Positions 19,007 to 29,909 of a stretch of DNA of 64,000 nucleotides are shown one piece after another. The notes beneath the pieces were generated by a model, which saw only the letters and a list, made by a program, of their open reading frames with translations, did not search any database and was not told the DNA's origin. Made by a program: the position numbers and the translations under genes. This DNA comes from a bacterium (GTDB taxonomy: Bacteria > Hinthialibacterota > Hinthialibacteria > Hinthialibacterales > Hinthialibacteraceae): the NCBI GenBank assembly GCA_963663405.2, contig CAXXSM010000036.1, forward strand, positions 32,001 through 96,000, in the 5' to 3' direction. Positions within the stretch are counted from its first letter, which is position 1. Each line of letters starts with the position of its first letter.

Positions 19007-20203
19007 CTATAAAAGAAGCAGTGAAGCGGTGATCACAGCGGTAAGAATGATTAAAGCGCGAGCGGCGTTACCCAGTAGAATCTCAAATGCGGATGGCTTT
19101 AGAGGGATCGTTTGACCAGTCCGCGATATAGTGATCCAGCCCACAAATACACCGCCGAGAAATCCTCCGACGTGCGCCGCGTTGTCGATGATCGCGAATG
19201 CGGCCAATCCCATCATGGCGATTAAAGTGATCATCAAGGTGATCGATTGAGAAAAACCGCGGGGCATGACCGATTTGCGCCGCCGCCCTAAAACCGCCAG
19301 AAATCCAACGAATCCCATCAATCCGCCCGACGCTCCCACTGAAATGACGTTTGGGTATAGAAACAGGCTGAAAACACTTCCGGCAAGCGCCGATACGACA
19401 AAAACCGTATAGACATAGGTTCGATGAGCCAACGCTTCCATAAGCCATCCCAGTGTCACGAGTCCCGCCGTGTTAAAACAGATATGCAGTAAACCGCCGT
19501 GAATCATCGAATAAGTCAACAGACGCCACACCTCTCCTTTCCATACCTCGGGTTTAACGAGACCAGCCTGGTAAATCGATTCTTCCATCCCCGTGATACA
19601 CTGAACCAGAAACACCGATAGAAGACAAGCGCCGGTGATCCATGTGGCAGTGATTTTTCGTGTCCGCAGCCATGTTAGATACCGGTTGAGAAACGCGTCA
19701 GAAACCATGTTTTGTGGGGTATAGGTTCGTAGAAGAACGAATTGCTGCGCGTTTCGGTACGCGGGAAGCGCGCCGAGAAACACCAGATTGAAGAGGAACA
19801 GCCAACTTAATGAATGCGCCTGGCTTGTATCGATCGGCAGGGATTCGGCCAGGTAGAAAAGGAATCCCCATAAAAACAGATGAATGATGTTGAAACCAAT
19901 CCGTTTCACCATCCGCCGCCGGCTGTTTTGTCTCACAGCTTCAAAAAGATAATAGACTTCACCCGGTGGGACTAAACGGGGTGTGGCGGGGGTCCAAACG
20001 AGATGAATTCGGGGAATGCGGTCTTTTTTACATTTCTCAAATAGTTCCTCCCGCGCGCAGCCGATCATCTTTCCACCGGAGAGATAGCCATACTCCATTC
20101 CTGCGGGACGTTCAGGAAATACATCAGGACGCAGCCAGGGAGACAAGGCGCGGGGGTGGGATTCTCCTTCTAATGGATTTTCGGTGTTCTGAGGTTCCAT
20201 CAC
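19007..20203 (-). CDS. Rhomboid intramembrane serine protease
   Basis: EVWRLLT, HxxxxHxxxN, VGASG, AHVGGFLGG. Confidence 0.9.
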   Translation of the reverse strand: MMEPQNTENPLEGESHPRALSPWLRPDVFPERPAGMEYGYLSGGKMIGCAREELFEKCKKDRIPRIHLVWTPATPRLVPPGEVYYLFEAVRQNSRRRMVKRIGFNIIHLFLWGFLFYLAESLPIDTSQAHSLSWLFLFNLVFLGALPAYRNAQQFVLLRTYTPQNMVSDAFLNRYLTWLRTRKITATWITGACLLSVFLVQCITGMEESIYQAGLVKPEVWKGEVWRLLTYSMIHGGLLHICFNTAGLVTLGWLMEALAHRTYVYTVFVVSALAGSVFSLFLYPNVISVGASGGLMGFVGFLAVLGRRRKSVMPRGFSQSITLMITLIAMMGLAAFAIIDNAAHVGGFLGGVFVGWITISRTGQTIPLKPSAFEILLGNAARALIILTAVITASLLLL

Positions 20204-20301
20204 AGTTCAATCTTATACTTGACGATCTACGTTGTAGTGGCATCCCGTCGAAGAGACGATTTCAATCGTTATAACGCGGAAGCGCTCATTACCTATACAG
20301 T

Positions 20302-20334
20302 ATAACAGGATCGCGCGAATGGCGATCCTGTTAT
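20302..20334 (-). terminator. Stem-loop downstream of the TlpA gene
   Basis: ATAACAGGATCGC / GCGATCCTGTTAT 13-bp perfect stem; no strong U-tract. Confidence 0.5.
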
Positions 20335-20366
20335 GATGAAAGGAAGATAATAGTAAGAATTAGTGA

Positions 20367-20924
20367 TTAGGCCTCGGCTTCTTCTTTCGGCTTAGGAAGA
20401 TTTTTGATATGTTTTTCGATTTCTTGCTCCAGCTTGTGTCCACGCAATTGAACTCCCTTGGCGACGATTTTTCCCGTATGATCCACGAGGAAGGGTGAAG
20501 GAATCGCTCGAACGGCGTAGGCTTTTCCAATTATGTTATTGCTATCCCTTACATGTTGCCAGGGCATAGGATTTTTCTTGATGAACGCTTTGAGTGTCTC
20601 ACTTTTTTCGTTGCTGATACTAATGATTTCCAGTCCATCCTTATGATACTTTTCATGCGCTTTTTGCAAATGAGGAATCTCTCCCCGGCAAGGTGGACAC
20701 CACGTCGCCCAGAAATCGATCAGAACCAGTTTTCCCTGTAATTTTTCCAGATTGACCAGTTTTTCGTCAATCGTCTGTCCTTTGAAAAGAGGCGCTTTTT
20801 CCCCAACTTCTGGCGCTTTAGCTTTTTTCACGATACTTTCCGACGCGTTCGCGATGGAAAGAACGCCGATACTCAGTAAAAGGGATACAGTAAGAATCAG
20901 GCCGCGATAACGTTTCATATTCAT
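20367..20924 (-). CDS. TlpA-family thiol-disulfide oxidoreductase
   Basis: Signal peptide; LIDFWATWCPPC; AIP cis-Pro loop. Confidence 0.9.
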   Translation of the reverse strand: MNMKRYRGLILTVSLLLSIGVLSIANASESIVKKAKAPEVGEKAPLFKGQTIDEKLVNLEKLQGKLVLIDFWATWCPPCRGEIPHLQKAHEKYHKDGLEIISISNEKSETLKAFIKKNPMPWQHVRDSNNIIGKAYAVRAIPSPFLVDHTGKIVAKGVQLRGHKLEQEIEKHIKNLPKPKEEAEA

Positions 20925-21164
20925 CTCCTATTTTTATAATTGTCTCAAAAAATACTTGAGACATTTTCTTCTTAAATGATACAGATTTTTAGAAAATTAA
21001 CAAACACTGAATCCTTAATACCAAAAAAAAAGAGAAAATACGGTATTATTTCTGGTTATAGGATTTGACTTACTTGAAACCTTTATTCTTCAATTATATT
21101 AAGAGCAAATTACATGCCTATAAGAATTATTTCGATTTATTTGTTCGTTTTTAGGAAAAATCAG

Positions 21165-21204
21165 AAAAAAGAATCCCCCCGGCGATGATCTCAAACCGGG
21201 GGGA
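21165..21204 (-). terminator. Intrinsic terminator
   Basis: TCCCCCCGG / CCGGGGGGA stem with an adjacent A-tract (U-tract on the minus strand), just after the stop at 21234. Confidence 0.7.
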
Positions 21205-21233
21205 AAATTAAATTCGTTCAATCAGAGAATTGA

Positions 21234-23366
21234 TTACTCCATCAGCATCCAACCATCCACTGCGACTTCACCATCTGCTGGCATCGCCCAGATGTCGTAC
21301 AGGTTGAATCCAGGATCGCTAGCGCTTTTGTCAAGATCCAATTCCAACGTTACGGAAACCAGAACTTTATCCGAATTAATTATAGTAGCCTTGTCTTCAT
21401 TTACTGCTGGATCATTGGCATCAGAGAAGTTGTTGGTGTCGGTAAGCCGGTCCATACCATTGATCAGCAGACGCACATCGGCATACTGCCAAGAACTATC
21501 CGTCGGATCACGGAACCAGTCATCCGCATGGAGTTCAGTCACTTCCGTGGTACCGTCTTCAAAGTTGAGCGTGGTTTTTAGAGCGCCAAAACCATTACCA
21601 ACCGTGGCGGACATACGTAATTCTCTATACCGCCCTGGAGGAACCATATCAAACGTGAAGGGACCATGCTGATCCTCGTTCCTGGCCATGAATTTGATGG
21701 AGTTCTTTAATCCCAAGCCAAGAGAGGCGTTGTTGTAAGGTCCAAATACGTGACCGTTCAAACCGCTCATACGATCCGGTGGTAAACCGTTCGCGACATA
21801 AATGTTAGTGCCGTCATCATAGATATAACCAGCAACGAGGAGATAGTAGTTGTTGCCATTGTCATGACCAAAACCTCTTTGACCTGTAACTTCAGTTGCA
21901 TCATCATATTTATCGATGGAGATAACATCCCATGCGGGAAGAGCAGGATCACGGTCTGGATCGTTGAAGGTCAGATCGACACGGCCCGCGCCGGCGGGAG
22001 GCAACGCGGCGTCTGAACTGATCCAGATATTGTCAAAGTAGGAAGAACCATCCGCTCCACCACGGCGCAAGCGAATTTCGGCAATGTCAAGGATCTCATC
22101 ATTGTACTCACCACCAGCGTCATAGGTGTCCAGACGGTCGGTTTCATCTGGATTGATCCACAAGTAGACGCTGTCATTTTGGCCTTCACCCGGCTCAAGA
22201 ACGATCCGCGCGAGGAAATGATTGGGAACGGTATAATCGATATCGGTTAAGCTATCTCCGCCTGGTAAGTTGCCTATACCACAGAATGCTGAGTTGTAGG
22301 GTTTACCGATAAAAACGGATTCTGAACCATCCGAAGCGTAAAGTGTCATACCGGACCAATGACTATCCGCAGGACCTTCTTCCTGGAAGACGAAGGAAAC
22401 CCAGATATCACCAGAAGCTTCGGTTGACATCAAGCGCCCCATACCATCACTCGCATCGCCCGTGATCTTCGCGGAAAAGCCACCGACGTTTAAATCCGGA
22501 GAAGGTTGATTTTCAACAATACCTGCTTCGAGTATTGTGCTATCCAGTACGCAGGGAGAATTTGCGCCGGAAGCGGTCCAGTCACCGGCCCACCCTAGAC
22601 CACCGTTGGCGGCAAGCGCATCCAGCGATGTGCCAGCGTCTTCATTTGGATAGGAGAAGGTTTCATAAATATTGAAGGAACGGTACTCAATACCCACATT
22701 TTGCCAGAAACCTGTTGAGATTTGACCGTCATCATGGGAAGTAACCGCCATGCCGACGTATACAGGATCTTGCATATCGGGAACAACATGGGTTTCTGCA
22801 AGCACGCGTTCACCATCAACATTGATATAATAATAATTGAAGGTGTTGCCGCGGCGTTCCAATTCCATGGTATTCGTCACGCCTTCATCATAATAACCGG
22901 CAATTTGATCGGCTGGAACGGCTTTGCTATCGTCCCCATTAGCGCTGCCGTCCTGTTCATCACGCCACTGCGAATACATGGTCATATCCGCGCGCATCAT
23001 GGCATAGGCATAAGCGGAACCAGGAGTCAAGTTGTTGCGGACCATGAGACCCGATTTGACCCACTCAGAACTGCTTGAACCGACAAGAATATCCGTTTTA
23101 CCATAAATAGAGAAATCGCCTTCGACTTCCATATAGACGAAATGGAATTCGTCCGCCGTTCCCCAGATATCCGCGCCACTGGCTTGGATCTCATACTCCC
23201 AAATAGCCGCGCCAAAATCTCCACTTCCATCACCAACATCCACCGCTGTGGCCGAACCAGCTGCGCCAACGTCACCGATATCCATATTGCTATCGAAAGC
23301 GCCGATTTGCGCAAACGCAGGAGCAGCCATTAGACACAGAGCCAATAAGACTATCCCTTTCCTCAT
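21234..23366 (-). CDS. Secreted acidic multidomain beta-sandwich protein with C-terminal AVDGWMLME tail
   Basis: Signal peptide AFA-Q; DUF1349/ConA-like SGADIWGTADEFHFVY...KSGLMVR...VYVGMAVTSH; C-terminal domain shared with the genes at 24091 and 54099. Confidence 0.8.
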   Translation of the reverse strand: MRKGIVLLALCLMAAPAFAQIGAFDSNMDIGDVGAAGSATAVDVGDGSGDFGAAIWEYEIQASGADIWGTADEFHFVYMEVEGDFSIYGKTDILVGSSSSEWVKSGLMVRNNLTPGSAYAYAMMRADMTMYSQWRDEQDGSANGDDSKAVPADQIAGYYDEGVTNTMELERRGNTFNYYYINVDGERVLAETHVVPDMQDPVYVGMAVTSHDDGQISTGFWQNVGIEYRSFNIYETFSYPNEDAGTSLDALAANGGLGWAGDWTASGANSPCVLDSTILEAGIVENQPSPDLNVGGFSAKITGDASDGMGRLMSTEASGDIWVSFVFQEEGPADSHWSGMTLYASDGSESVFIGKPYNSAFCGIGNLPGGDSLTDIDYTVPNHFLARIVLEPGEGQNDSVYLWINPDETDRLDTYDAGGEYNDEILDIAEIRLRRGGADGSSYFDNIWISSDAALPPAGAGRVDLTFNDPDRDPALPAWDVISIDKYDDATEVTGQRGFGHDNGNNYYLLVAGYIYDDGTNIYVANGLPPDRMSGLNGHVFGPYNNASLGLGLKNSIKFMARNEDQHGPFTFDMVPPGRYRELRMSATVGNGFGALKTTLNFEDGTTEVTELHADDWFRDPTDSSWQYADVRLLINGMDRLTDTNNFSDANDPAVNEDKATIINSDKVLVSVTLELDLDKSASDPGFNLYDIWAMPADGEVAVDGWMLME

Positions 23367-24090
23367 AGTACTTCTCCTTCCACTTTTGAAATAAAAAATA
23401 GAGATTGCTAGGCAATCTAAAAAGTATTCTAGAATCTGATATTTTGTTGATCATGTCAACAGGCAAATGCATATTTTTTTTAATATCGCTCATTTGAATT
23501 ATTATGAATATAATTCTTGTGCAACTATTTTTTTATAGTCTATAGAACTATTTTTATAATTAATTTAATCTGAGAGTGACTTTATTAATTCAATAAATTG
23601 TGGACGAATCTGGATAGAAGTAGAATATTAAATATTAATTTATTCTCATATAAATATGATGATAATATTTATTGAATTCTATCTATGGTTTCTGGTTATC
23701 TTGTTTATTACTAAGATATTAGTTAATATGGTGAATTAATTGAAATTTTATAATTAAAAATGTTTTTTTATCGGTAAACATTGACAGAGAATTCAATTTA
23801 TATAATCATATTCAATCTGTTCATATTAATGTCTAGAGAATGTGATCCTCTATTTATATTAATTATATACATTTATTTATTGATTTGTTTTTTTCTATTT
23901 TAAATCATTTAAAAATGCTAAATAGAAATCTTCTATAAAAAAGTGGATTCAATTAACCGTTGATTTTTGCGATTTGTTATAGAATGAGTGTAAGTAATAT
24001 TTTACTTTGATTCTTATATCAATATTGTTGAATTTTTATTTCGGTTAATTATTTAACCGAATTTAATTCCTCTGTTACAAGGAGAAGACG

Positions 24091-25425
24091 ATGTATAAAA
24101 CACTTTGGAGAATGGTGGTTTGTGTGGGGCTCGCTTGTTTGATTATGGCCCCTGCGAGTCAGGCGCAGAAGTATGAAAGCGTGCCCGTGGATCTGTCGGA
24201 TTTCTGGAACGCGGATGGCTGGTATCATGATGATGCGGATGATCCAACCGTCGGCACGACACATGGGTCGTCGCCGGGATCTTCGTGGGTTCTGGATGGC
24301 GGCTCCACCGAGCGAATCCGGATCACGACTCTGCCGGCAACCGTTATCCCCGGTCAGGTCAATGTGACCGATGACGGTGTTGTCGCATTCATGTTGCCGG
24401 AAATGAATATCGGTGACTTGGATGTGTATTACGTGGTGGGTGATACGATTCCCGTGCCTCCGGGCAATTATGAATCCGTTTTCTTCGCCGTTATGTCCGG
24501 CAGTGGCAACTGGCCCGGCAATGTCAGCCAATGGGCCGCTGATGTCGATCCCGACACAGGCGAAGTCTATGACGCCCGCAGTGAAGTGAACAGTTTCAAA
24601 CCGATCTACTCCGATGGCGAAGGTGATTGGATACCCGTCGGCACCGTCAATGACTGGTTCTGGAAAGTGCCCGAATGGGTGGCGCCGGAAAGCGGTGATC
24701 CGAGCGAAATCGTTCTTGAATACCTCGCCTATGAAGGTGATGTGAATGGACCCATCTACTTCTGGGACGCTGTGAATCAATCCAATCATGACTACGGTCA
24801 GTATACGTATGTAAACGGTGAAGGTTTCTTTACCTATTACCTCGATGGACTGACCGGACTTACGGAAGCGACTCTCTGGACCGAATTCTGGGGCAACGCC
24901 AAAGTCTCGATTTCAACTGACGATGTGGAATATACACAAATATTTGACACTACTCAAGAAGATCCACTGTTCACTCCGCAAGTCTACACTGCTCCCGCGG
25001 GTAACCTTGATGGTTATTTCCCGAATCGTGGCTTGCGTAGTTTTGATTTGGCTCCCTATATCTCTTCTGGTGATGTGGAAGAAATTTTCGTCAAATTTGA
25101 AGACGCCGCGCCGGATAACGCAGCAGGCGAAGAAAACAATCCTTGGGGCGCCCGGCTTCGCAGCATTGGGATCTTCACCGGCCCAGTCGTTGTCAGCGCT
25201 CTCGGAACTCGTCTCTGGCCAGGTCTCGTCCGCGCTGATGGAGCCTCGCCACAGGGCGGTCTCATTCTGATTTACAAACGCTATTTCCTCGATGAATCCA
25301 GAACACTGGAAGCGATCACGATGCCAAACAATATTCCTAGAAAATCCCCTATTCTGAGCGTTTTCGCGATTACCCTTTCAACGGGTGAATCCGAAACGGC
25401 TGTCTCGGACTTTATGCTGTTCTAA
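24091..25425 (+). CDS. Secreted acidic protein with C-terminal AVSDFMLF tail; paralogue of the gene at 54099
   Basis: AGGAG RBS, signal peptide AQA-Q; shares the PVDLSD, PPGNYES, YSDG..WF and WGA motifs. Confidence 0.8.
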   Translation: MYKTLWRMVVCVGLACLIMAPASQAQKYESVPVDLSDFWNADGWYHDDADDPTVGTTHGSSPGSSWVLDGGSTERIRITTLPATVIPGQVNVTDDGVVAFMLPEMNIGDLDVYYVVGDTIPVPPGNYESVFFAVMSGSGNWPGNVSQWAADVDPDTGEVYDARSEVNSFKPIYSDGEGDWIPVGTVNDWFWKVPEWVAPESGDPSEIVLEYLAYEGDVNGPIYFWDAVNQSNHDYGQYTYVNGEGFFTYYLDGLTGLTEATLWTEFWGNAKVSISTDDVEYTQIFDTTQEDPLFTPQVYTAPAGNLDGYFPNRGLRSFDLAPYISSGDVEEIFVKFEDAAPDNAAGEENNPWGARLRSIGIFTGPVVVSALGTRLWPGLVRADGASPQGGLILIYKRYFLDESRTLEAITMPNNIPRKSPILSVFAITLSTGESETAVSDFMLF

Positions 25426-25450
25426 ATTCGTGCTCTTAATTAATTGTTAT

Positions 25451-25481
25451 AAAGCCTCCCCATTTGTTTGGGGAGGCTTTT
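25451..25481. terminator. Bidirectional intrinsic terminator
   Basis: AAAGCCTCCCCA / TGGGGAGGCTTT between convergent genes. Confidence 0.8.
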
Positions 25482-25545
25482 CATTTCACGGGTGGGGACG
25501 CCTGTGCTCTATTAAGTCAGCCCGCGCTCATTCGGATGTCCTAGT

Positions 25546-27528
25546 TCAATTGGGCAGGATCAGCGATTGCCGCCAGGGTTTTTGGTCTGTTTGTTCTGGG
25601 GAAGGTTCGATTGGTTTTGTTTCAAAAATCCATTGCGCTTCTTCTGCTTTAATCCCCTTGCTGGATTGAAAACCGGTGGGGGGATCATTACCAGCTGGAT
25701 TAATGATAATGTGATGGCGGATTCCTGGTTTTAAAATAACTGGAATCAAGAATAGATTGGCGTCTCTTTCATAACGGACTTCACCGTGTTCCAGGTAACC
25801 GCCTTCTTTCCAAACCAAGTGAACAGCTTGAGGATTCATCGGCCGGTCAAATTGAACGCAGAGTTCTGTTTCTGGCTTCACGTTTTTCGTTCCATAAAAC
25901 GGAGTCAGCATTTGCACGGATGGATTCACTTGAACCCAAGGTGGGAGCGGTTCATTTTTCAGCCGTTCGATCGCTGTGGAGAGAAGCTCGTCGCGATTTT
26001 CTGTGAAGGAATCCGGCTTCGCTTCAAAAAAGATATCGGGTTGGATGCCTCGTTCGTCCAGCGGTTTCTCATCCATCAGCAGATCAATCCATTTAGGCAT
26101 CCGTACATTGACACCGATGGAGAGTTCGATCATTTTCGGATTCCCGCTGGAACCGCAAGTCCGGTCTCCCATCGTTGTCACTTGGGGGCATTGCTCCATC
26201 ATGGCGATGAATGATTCATTGCTGCTCATACACTTCTGCCCGATAAGAATGAGTGTGGGCTGCGTGTATTTCCACTCTCCGCGCGGTTCAAAGCGGCGGG
26301 GGATCTTTTCTGTTAGATCGGTGTGTTTTGGCCCGTTCCGGTATTGGCTGTAGGAATACACTCTTGATTCTTTTGTGAATCGTCCCGCCACCTGCATGGC
26401 GAGATCTTCACCTCCTCCACCGTTTACCCGGACGTCAACGATCAATCCTCTTGTATCCCGCAGAATGTCGAGCGCTTTATCCACCTGTTGGGGAATTAAG
26501 GGATCGGTCCATGAATCGATGCTGATGTAACCCACATCATCTTCTGTTTTGCCCCATTTCACGTAACGCCCCAGCCACATCCCATCTTTCATAAATGTAT
26601 CGAGAGCGTTTGGATTGGCGTTCAATTCCCGTGGGCGGTAAAATCCTGGTACGCCTTCCTCTCCCATGGATACACCAATGTGGAGATCGCGCAGATGGCT
26701 TAACATTTCGGCGCAGACATTGGCGAATTGGTAGACGGTTTGACACGCCGCCGCTTGGGGACGGTATGTCTCGCGCATCTGGTTCCAGTCCACCTCCGGG
26801 CGAATTACGAACATCGCGTATTCCCGGTCGTACGTTTCCCATAGGAGATCAAAGTTCTTTTCCGCCTCTTCTTTTGTTATGGATTTCGATTCAGGAAGAA
26901 CGGCGTCAGCGAGACTCCGCGCGTAATTAACTTGTTTTTTATTGCGATCGACTCCAAAGAACCGGCGGAACCTCTTTTGTGTTGCGTTTTCTGTATCGGC
27001 GTCGAAAATCAGGATCGCGGGTTCATTAATGTATGCCAAAGAGCCGCTATGCATACTATTGTGGAATTTGAAATGAGCGATTCGCAGGATAGTGGCATAG
27101 AGGAGTGGATCCCCTTTCCCCACAACTGTTTCTTGGGGGAAAAGAGATTGAAGTTTAGCCGGATGAAAGCGAATCCATACATGGCGCATCTTCTCTGGTT
27201 CCTCCAATTGGTTACATTCAATATCTCCTTCTGTTTTAGGGATTAAAGCGGCCCACACGGCGCCATATTCTCCGTGGCCAAATCCCACATAGCTTGGACC
27301 GGTTTCGATCTTAATCGAATCATTCATCGAAAATGAGAACGAGGATATTTCATAAATATCCTCTTTTGTAAATTCCCAGCTGCATTTCACATCATACTCA
27401 TCTTTGGTCAATGACGATGGATAAAGAGTTGGAAGATTGGGCGCCTCTGCCTGTGTAAAGGAACCGGTCAGTAGGATGGGAAAAAAAACAATGCAGAATT
27501 GACGGGTGTATTTTGAAACGGATGACAT
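25546..27528 (-). CDS. S41-family peptidase with C-terminal Ig-like domain
   Basis: LIVDVRVNGGG, CMSSNESF, GDRTCGSSG, GIQPDI; VQFDRPMN Big_5-like motif. Confidence 0.85.
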   Translation of the reverse strand: MSSVSKYTRQFCIVFFPILLTGSFTQAEAPNLPTLYPSSLTKDEYDVKCSWEFTKEDIYEISSFSFSMNDSIKIETGPSYVGFGHGEYGAVWAALIPKTEGDIECNQLEEPEKMRHVWIRFHPAKLQSLFPQETVVGKGDPLLYATILRIAHFKFHNSMHSGSLAYINEPAILIFDADTENATQKRFRRFFGVDRNKKQVNYARSLADAVLPESKSITKEEAEKNFDLLWETYDREYAMFVIRPEVDWNQMRETYRPQAAACQTVYQFANVCAEMLSHLRDLHIGVSMGEEGVPGFYRPRELNANPNALDTFMKDGMWLGRYVKWGKTEDDVGYISIDSWTDPLIPQQVDKALDILRDTRGLIVDVRVNGGGGEDLAMQVAGRFTKESRVYSYSQYRNGPKHTDLTEKIPRRFEPRGEWKYTQPTLILIGQKCMSSNESFIAMMEQCPQVTTMGDRTCGSSGNPKMIELSIGVNVRMPKWIDLLMDEKPLDERGIQPDIFFEAKPDSFTENRDELLSTAIERLKNEPLPPWVQVNPSVQMLTPFYGTKNVKPETELCVQFDRPMNPQAVHLVWKEGGYLEHGEVRYERDANLFLIPVILKPGIRHHIIINPAGNDPPTGFQSSKGIKAEEAQWIFETKPIEPSPEQTDQKPWRQSLILPN

Positions 27529-27600
27529 TTCAATCCCTCCAGGGGGAATGTAACTATCGAGTAAGCAAAACGAATTGTATGGGGAAAAGGTTTAGAGAGA

Positions 27601-29901
27601 TCAGTTTTCGGCTAAAGGAGAAGAGGAGACAACGCGGAAACCCAATCCGGAACCTTTATTGTCTTCACCACCCCGGTTGCGGCTCGCTGAACGCATAATT
27701 TCAGCGGAAACGCTCCAACTGCCGCTTCGAGTTACATGGAAGGCGCCGGAAGGACTCCCTTTGGGATCGGTTTGATCCCCTTCTGGATACGCGCCGTACC
27801 AATCCGCGCACCATTCCCAAACGCTGCCACTCATATCGCGCAGACCCCAGGTGTTTGGTTTTTTCTGGCCAACGTTATGTGTCTGGTAATTCGCGTTCCC
27901 CTCATACCAGGCGTATTCCTCAATCTGCTGGATCGAGGGATCGTTTCCCCAATAGAAACGCTGGGTGGTTCCCGCGCGGCAGGCGTATTCCCATTCCGCC
28001 TCCGTAGGCAGGCGGAACGTATATTGAGTCACTTTTGATAACCAGGCGCAAAACGCAGTGGCGTCATTCCAACTAACGTAGACGACAGGTTGATTGGCGC
28101 CGTTCAATGAGAATCCTCGGTAAGATTGGCTATTATGTTCGGGCCGGAACGCATGATACTGCTTGTTTGTCACTTCATGTGTACTCATCCAGAATGACTG
28201 TGTGATTTTTACTTTATGCGCAGGGCCTTCATCCGCATACCGTCCCTTCTCGTTCGGAGGACTCCCCATGACAAATTCTCCAGGGGGAATAAAACGGAAT
28301 TTCATGGGAATCTTGCCCGGAAGAACGATAGTGGTTTCATCCCCCGCTTTGTTTGACAGCGGCGTTTCGGTGGCGGGCGCCGGACTGGGGACTGGAGTGG
28401 GAGGCGCAGGCGTAGCGGCCGGTGTTTGTTTTTTTAGGATTGGTTTATAATCCCTTTCCTCTCCTTCTTTCAGGTCGATCCACACTGTTGAAGTTTCATA
28501 ATCGTTGGCGGAAACCTCTATCTGATATCGACCTGGTTCCAATTCCATCCCTTGTTCGAATTTGGGGCTGATATTTAAAATACGAACGCGCGCGTCCGCT
28601 GGTTCGGGATGAACGGTTAAATGGGCAGAATTGAGAGAAGCCATCGCTGATGGCGCTGGAACGGGGATGGATGGTGTTACCGTAATGAAGGGAGCAACGG
28701 ATCCTAGCGTGGGTGTTGGATAGTATGCGATGGTTTCAAACGTGGGGTGAGGAGTAGGAGTCGAAACCTTTATTTGAGTGACGGATTTTTCCGATTGAAA
28801 ACTTTTCGAGAACTCGAATCCCATTACAATTAAGAGAAAAGCCAAGAGGATGGATAAAAGTACCGCCAGCGTTCGATTAACGCGCTCTGTTCCACCGATG
28901 GCCGGAACCGTATACCTTTTAACCATCGCAGGTTCGGGCGGCGTGTCATATCGTTGTAATTGAAGAGCCTCTACCGGCAGTTCCGCGAGGATATCTTCTA
29001 ATCCCGGTCTCTTTTCCTGAGCCTTCTCCAAGATCCGGCTTAAGAGAAAACGGTATTGTTCCGGCGCGTTTTCGACTAAGGACTGGGTAGGATCATCTTC
29101 TTTATGTTTCTGCATTAAAACAAACGGATTTTCGTCATCAAACAACCGTTTGCCGGTCAGCATTTCGTACCACAGAATTCCCAGCGAATATATATCACTC
29201 GCTGGTGTGATGTTTTCGCTTCCTTCACATTGTTCGGGGGACATATACGCTACGGTTCCAAATCCTCCCACCGTCACACTTTTGGAATCCACCCGTTTTG
29301 CGACACCAAAGTCACAAACGACGATACGTTCCAGATCGCCGTTATAGAGCAGGACATTGCTGGGTTTTAAATCGCGGTGAATAACGCCTCGTTCGTGAGC
29401 CGCCGCTAACGCCCGTATAATTTGCGCGACGATTTTCGCCGCTTCATCCGGCGTCAAATGTCCACGCGCTTTGATGGTGTCGGCTAAATCCATATCACCG
29501 GGAATATATTCCATTTCAATAAACGGCGCTTCAGCCAGCTGCGTGGAGATTGTGCCCATCGTAAAGACGTTGACAACGGGGGCTTCCGGTACCTGCTGCT
29601 TGATCGTTTGCAGGATTTCCCCTTCCCGCCGGAAGCGCTTGACGATTTCTGGATCGCCCAGTTGTTCCGGCCGCAGTACTTTCAGCACACACTCTCGTCC
29701 CGCTTCGCTGTTGTAGGCTTTATAGACCTTCGCCATCCCGCCCTTTTCGGAAAGAAGCGTCATGCGCCGGTACGGGCCTAATTGTGTCAGGGATATACCC
29801 GGCCCGCCTGCGTTTCCCTTCCGCATCAACACGATCAGCAGTGTTACCAGAACGGTAAGAAGCGCTCCTCCGAGAATGTATAGACCGGCCTCCGTACTCA
29901 T
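27601..29901 (-). CDS. Membrane Ser/Thr protein kinase with extracytoplasmic PEGA-like and FGE-sulfatase (CLec-fold) domains
   Basis: Likely ATG at 29901; HRDLKPSN, DFG, GTVAYMSPEQ; TM helices on both sides of the kinase; FRLPTEAEWEYACRAG, DMSGSVWEWC. Confidence 0.9.
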   Translation of the reverse strand: MSTEAGLYILGGALLTVLVTLLIVLMRKGNAGGPGISLTQLGPYRRMTLLSEKGGMAKVYKAYNSEAGRECVLKVLRPEQLGDPEIVKRFRREGEILQTIKQQVPEAPVVNVFTMGTISTQLAEAPFIEMEYIPGDMDLADTIKARGHLTPDEAAKIVAQIIRALAAAHERGVIHRDLKPSNVLLYNGDLERIVVCDFGVAKRVDSKSVTVGGFGTVAYMSPEQCEGSENITPASDIYSLGILWYEMLTGKRLFDDENPFVLMQKHKEDDPTQSLVENAPEQYRFLLSRILEKAQEKRPGLEDILAELPVEALQLQRYDTPPEPAMVKRYTVPAIGGTERVNRTLAVLLSILLAFLLIVMGFEFSKSFQSEKSVTQIKVSTPTPHPTFETIAYYPTPTLGSVAPFITVTPSIPVPAPSAMASLNSAHLTVHPEPADARVRILNISPKFEQGMELEPGRYQIEVSANDYETSTVWIDLKEGEERDYKPILKKQTPAATPAPPTPVPSPAPATETPLSNKAGDETTIVLPGKIPMKFRFIPPGEFVMGSPPNEKGRYADEGPAHKVKITQSFWMSTHEVTNKQYHAFRPEHNSQSYRGFSLNGANQPVVYVSWNDATAFCAWLSKVTQYTFRLPTEAEWEYACRAGTTQRFYWGNDPSIQQIEEYAWYEGNANYQTHNVGQKKPNTWGLRDMSGSVWEWCADWYGAYPEGDQTDPKGSPSGAFHVTRSGSWSVSAEIMRSASRNRGGEDNKGSGLGFRVVSSSPLAEN

Positions 29902-29909
29902 GCGATTTG

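Noticed and set aside
23781-23806. Perfect TTGACA and TATAAT promoter
   Set aside because: The spacer is only 14 nt, and such hexamers arise by chance in very AT-rich DNA.
27601-27760. DGR variable region in the kinase FGE domain
   Set aside because: Codons have ordinary adenine content, including at third positions, and show no NNC/NNT pattern.
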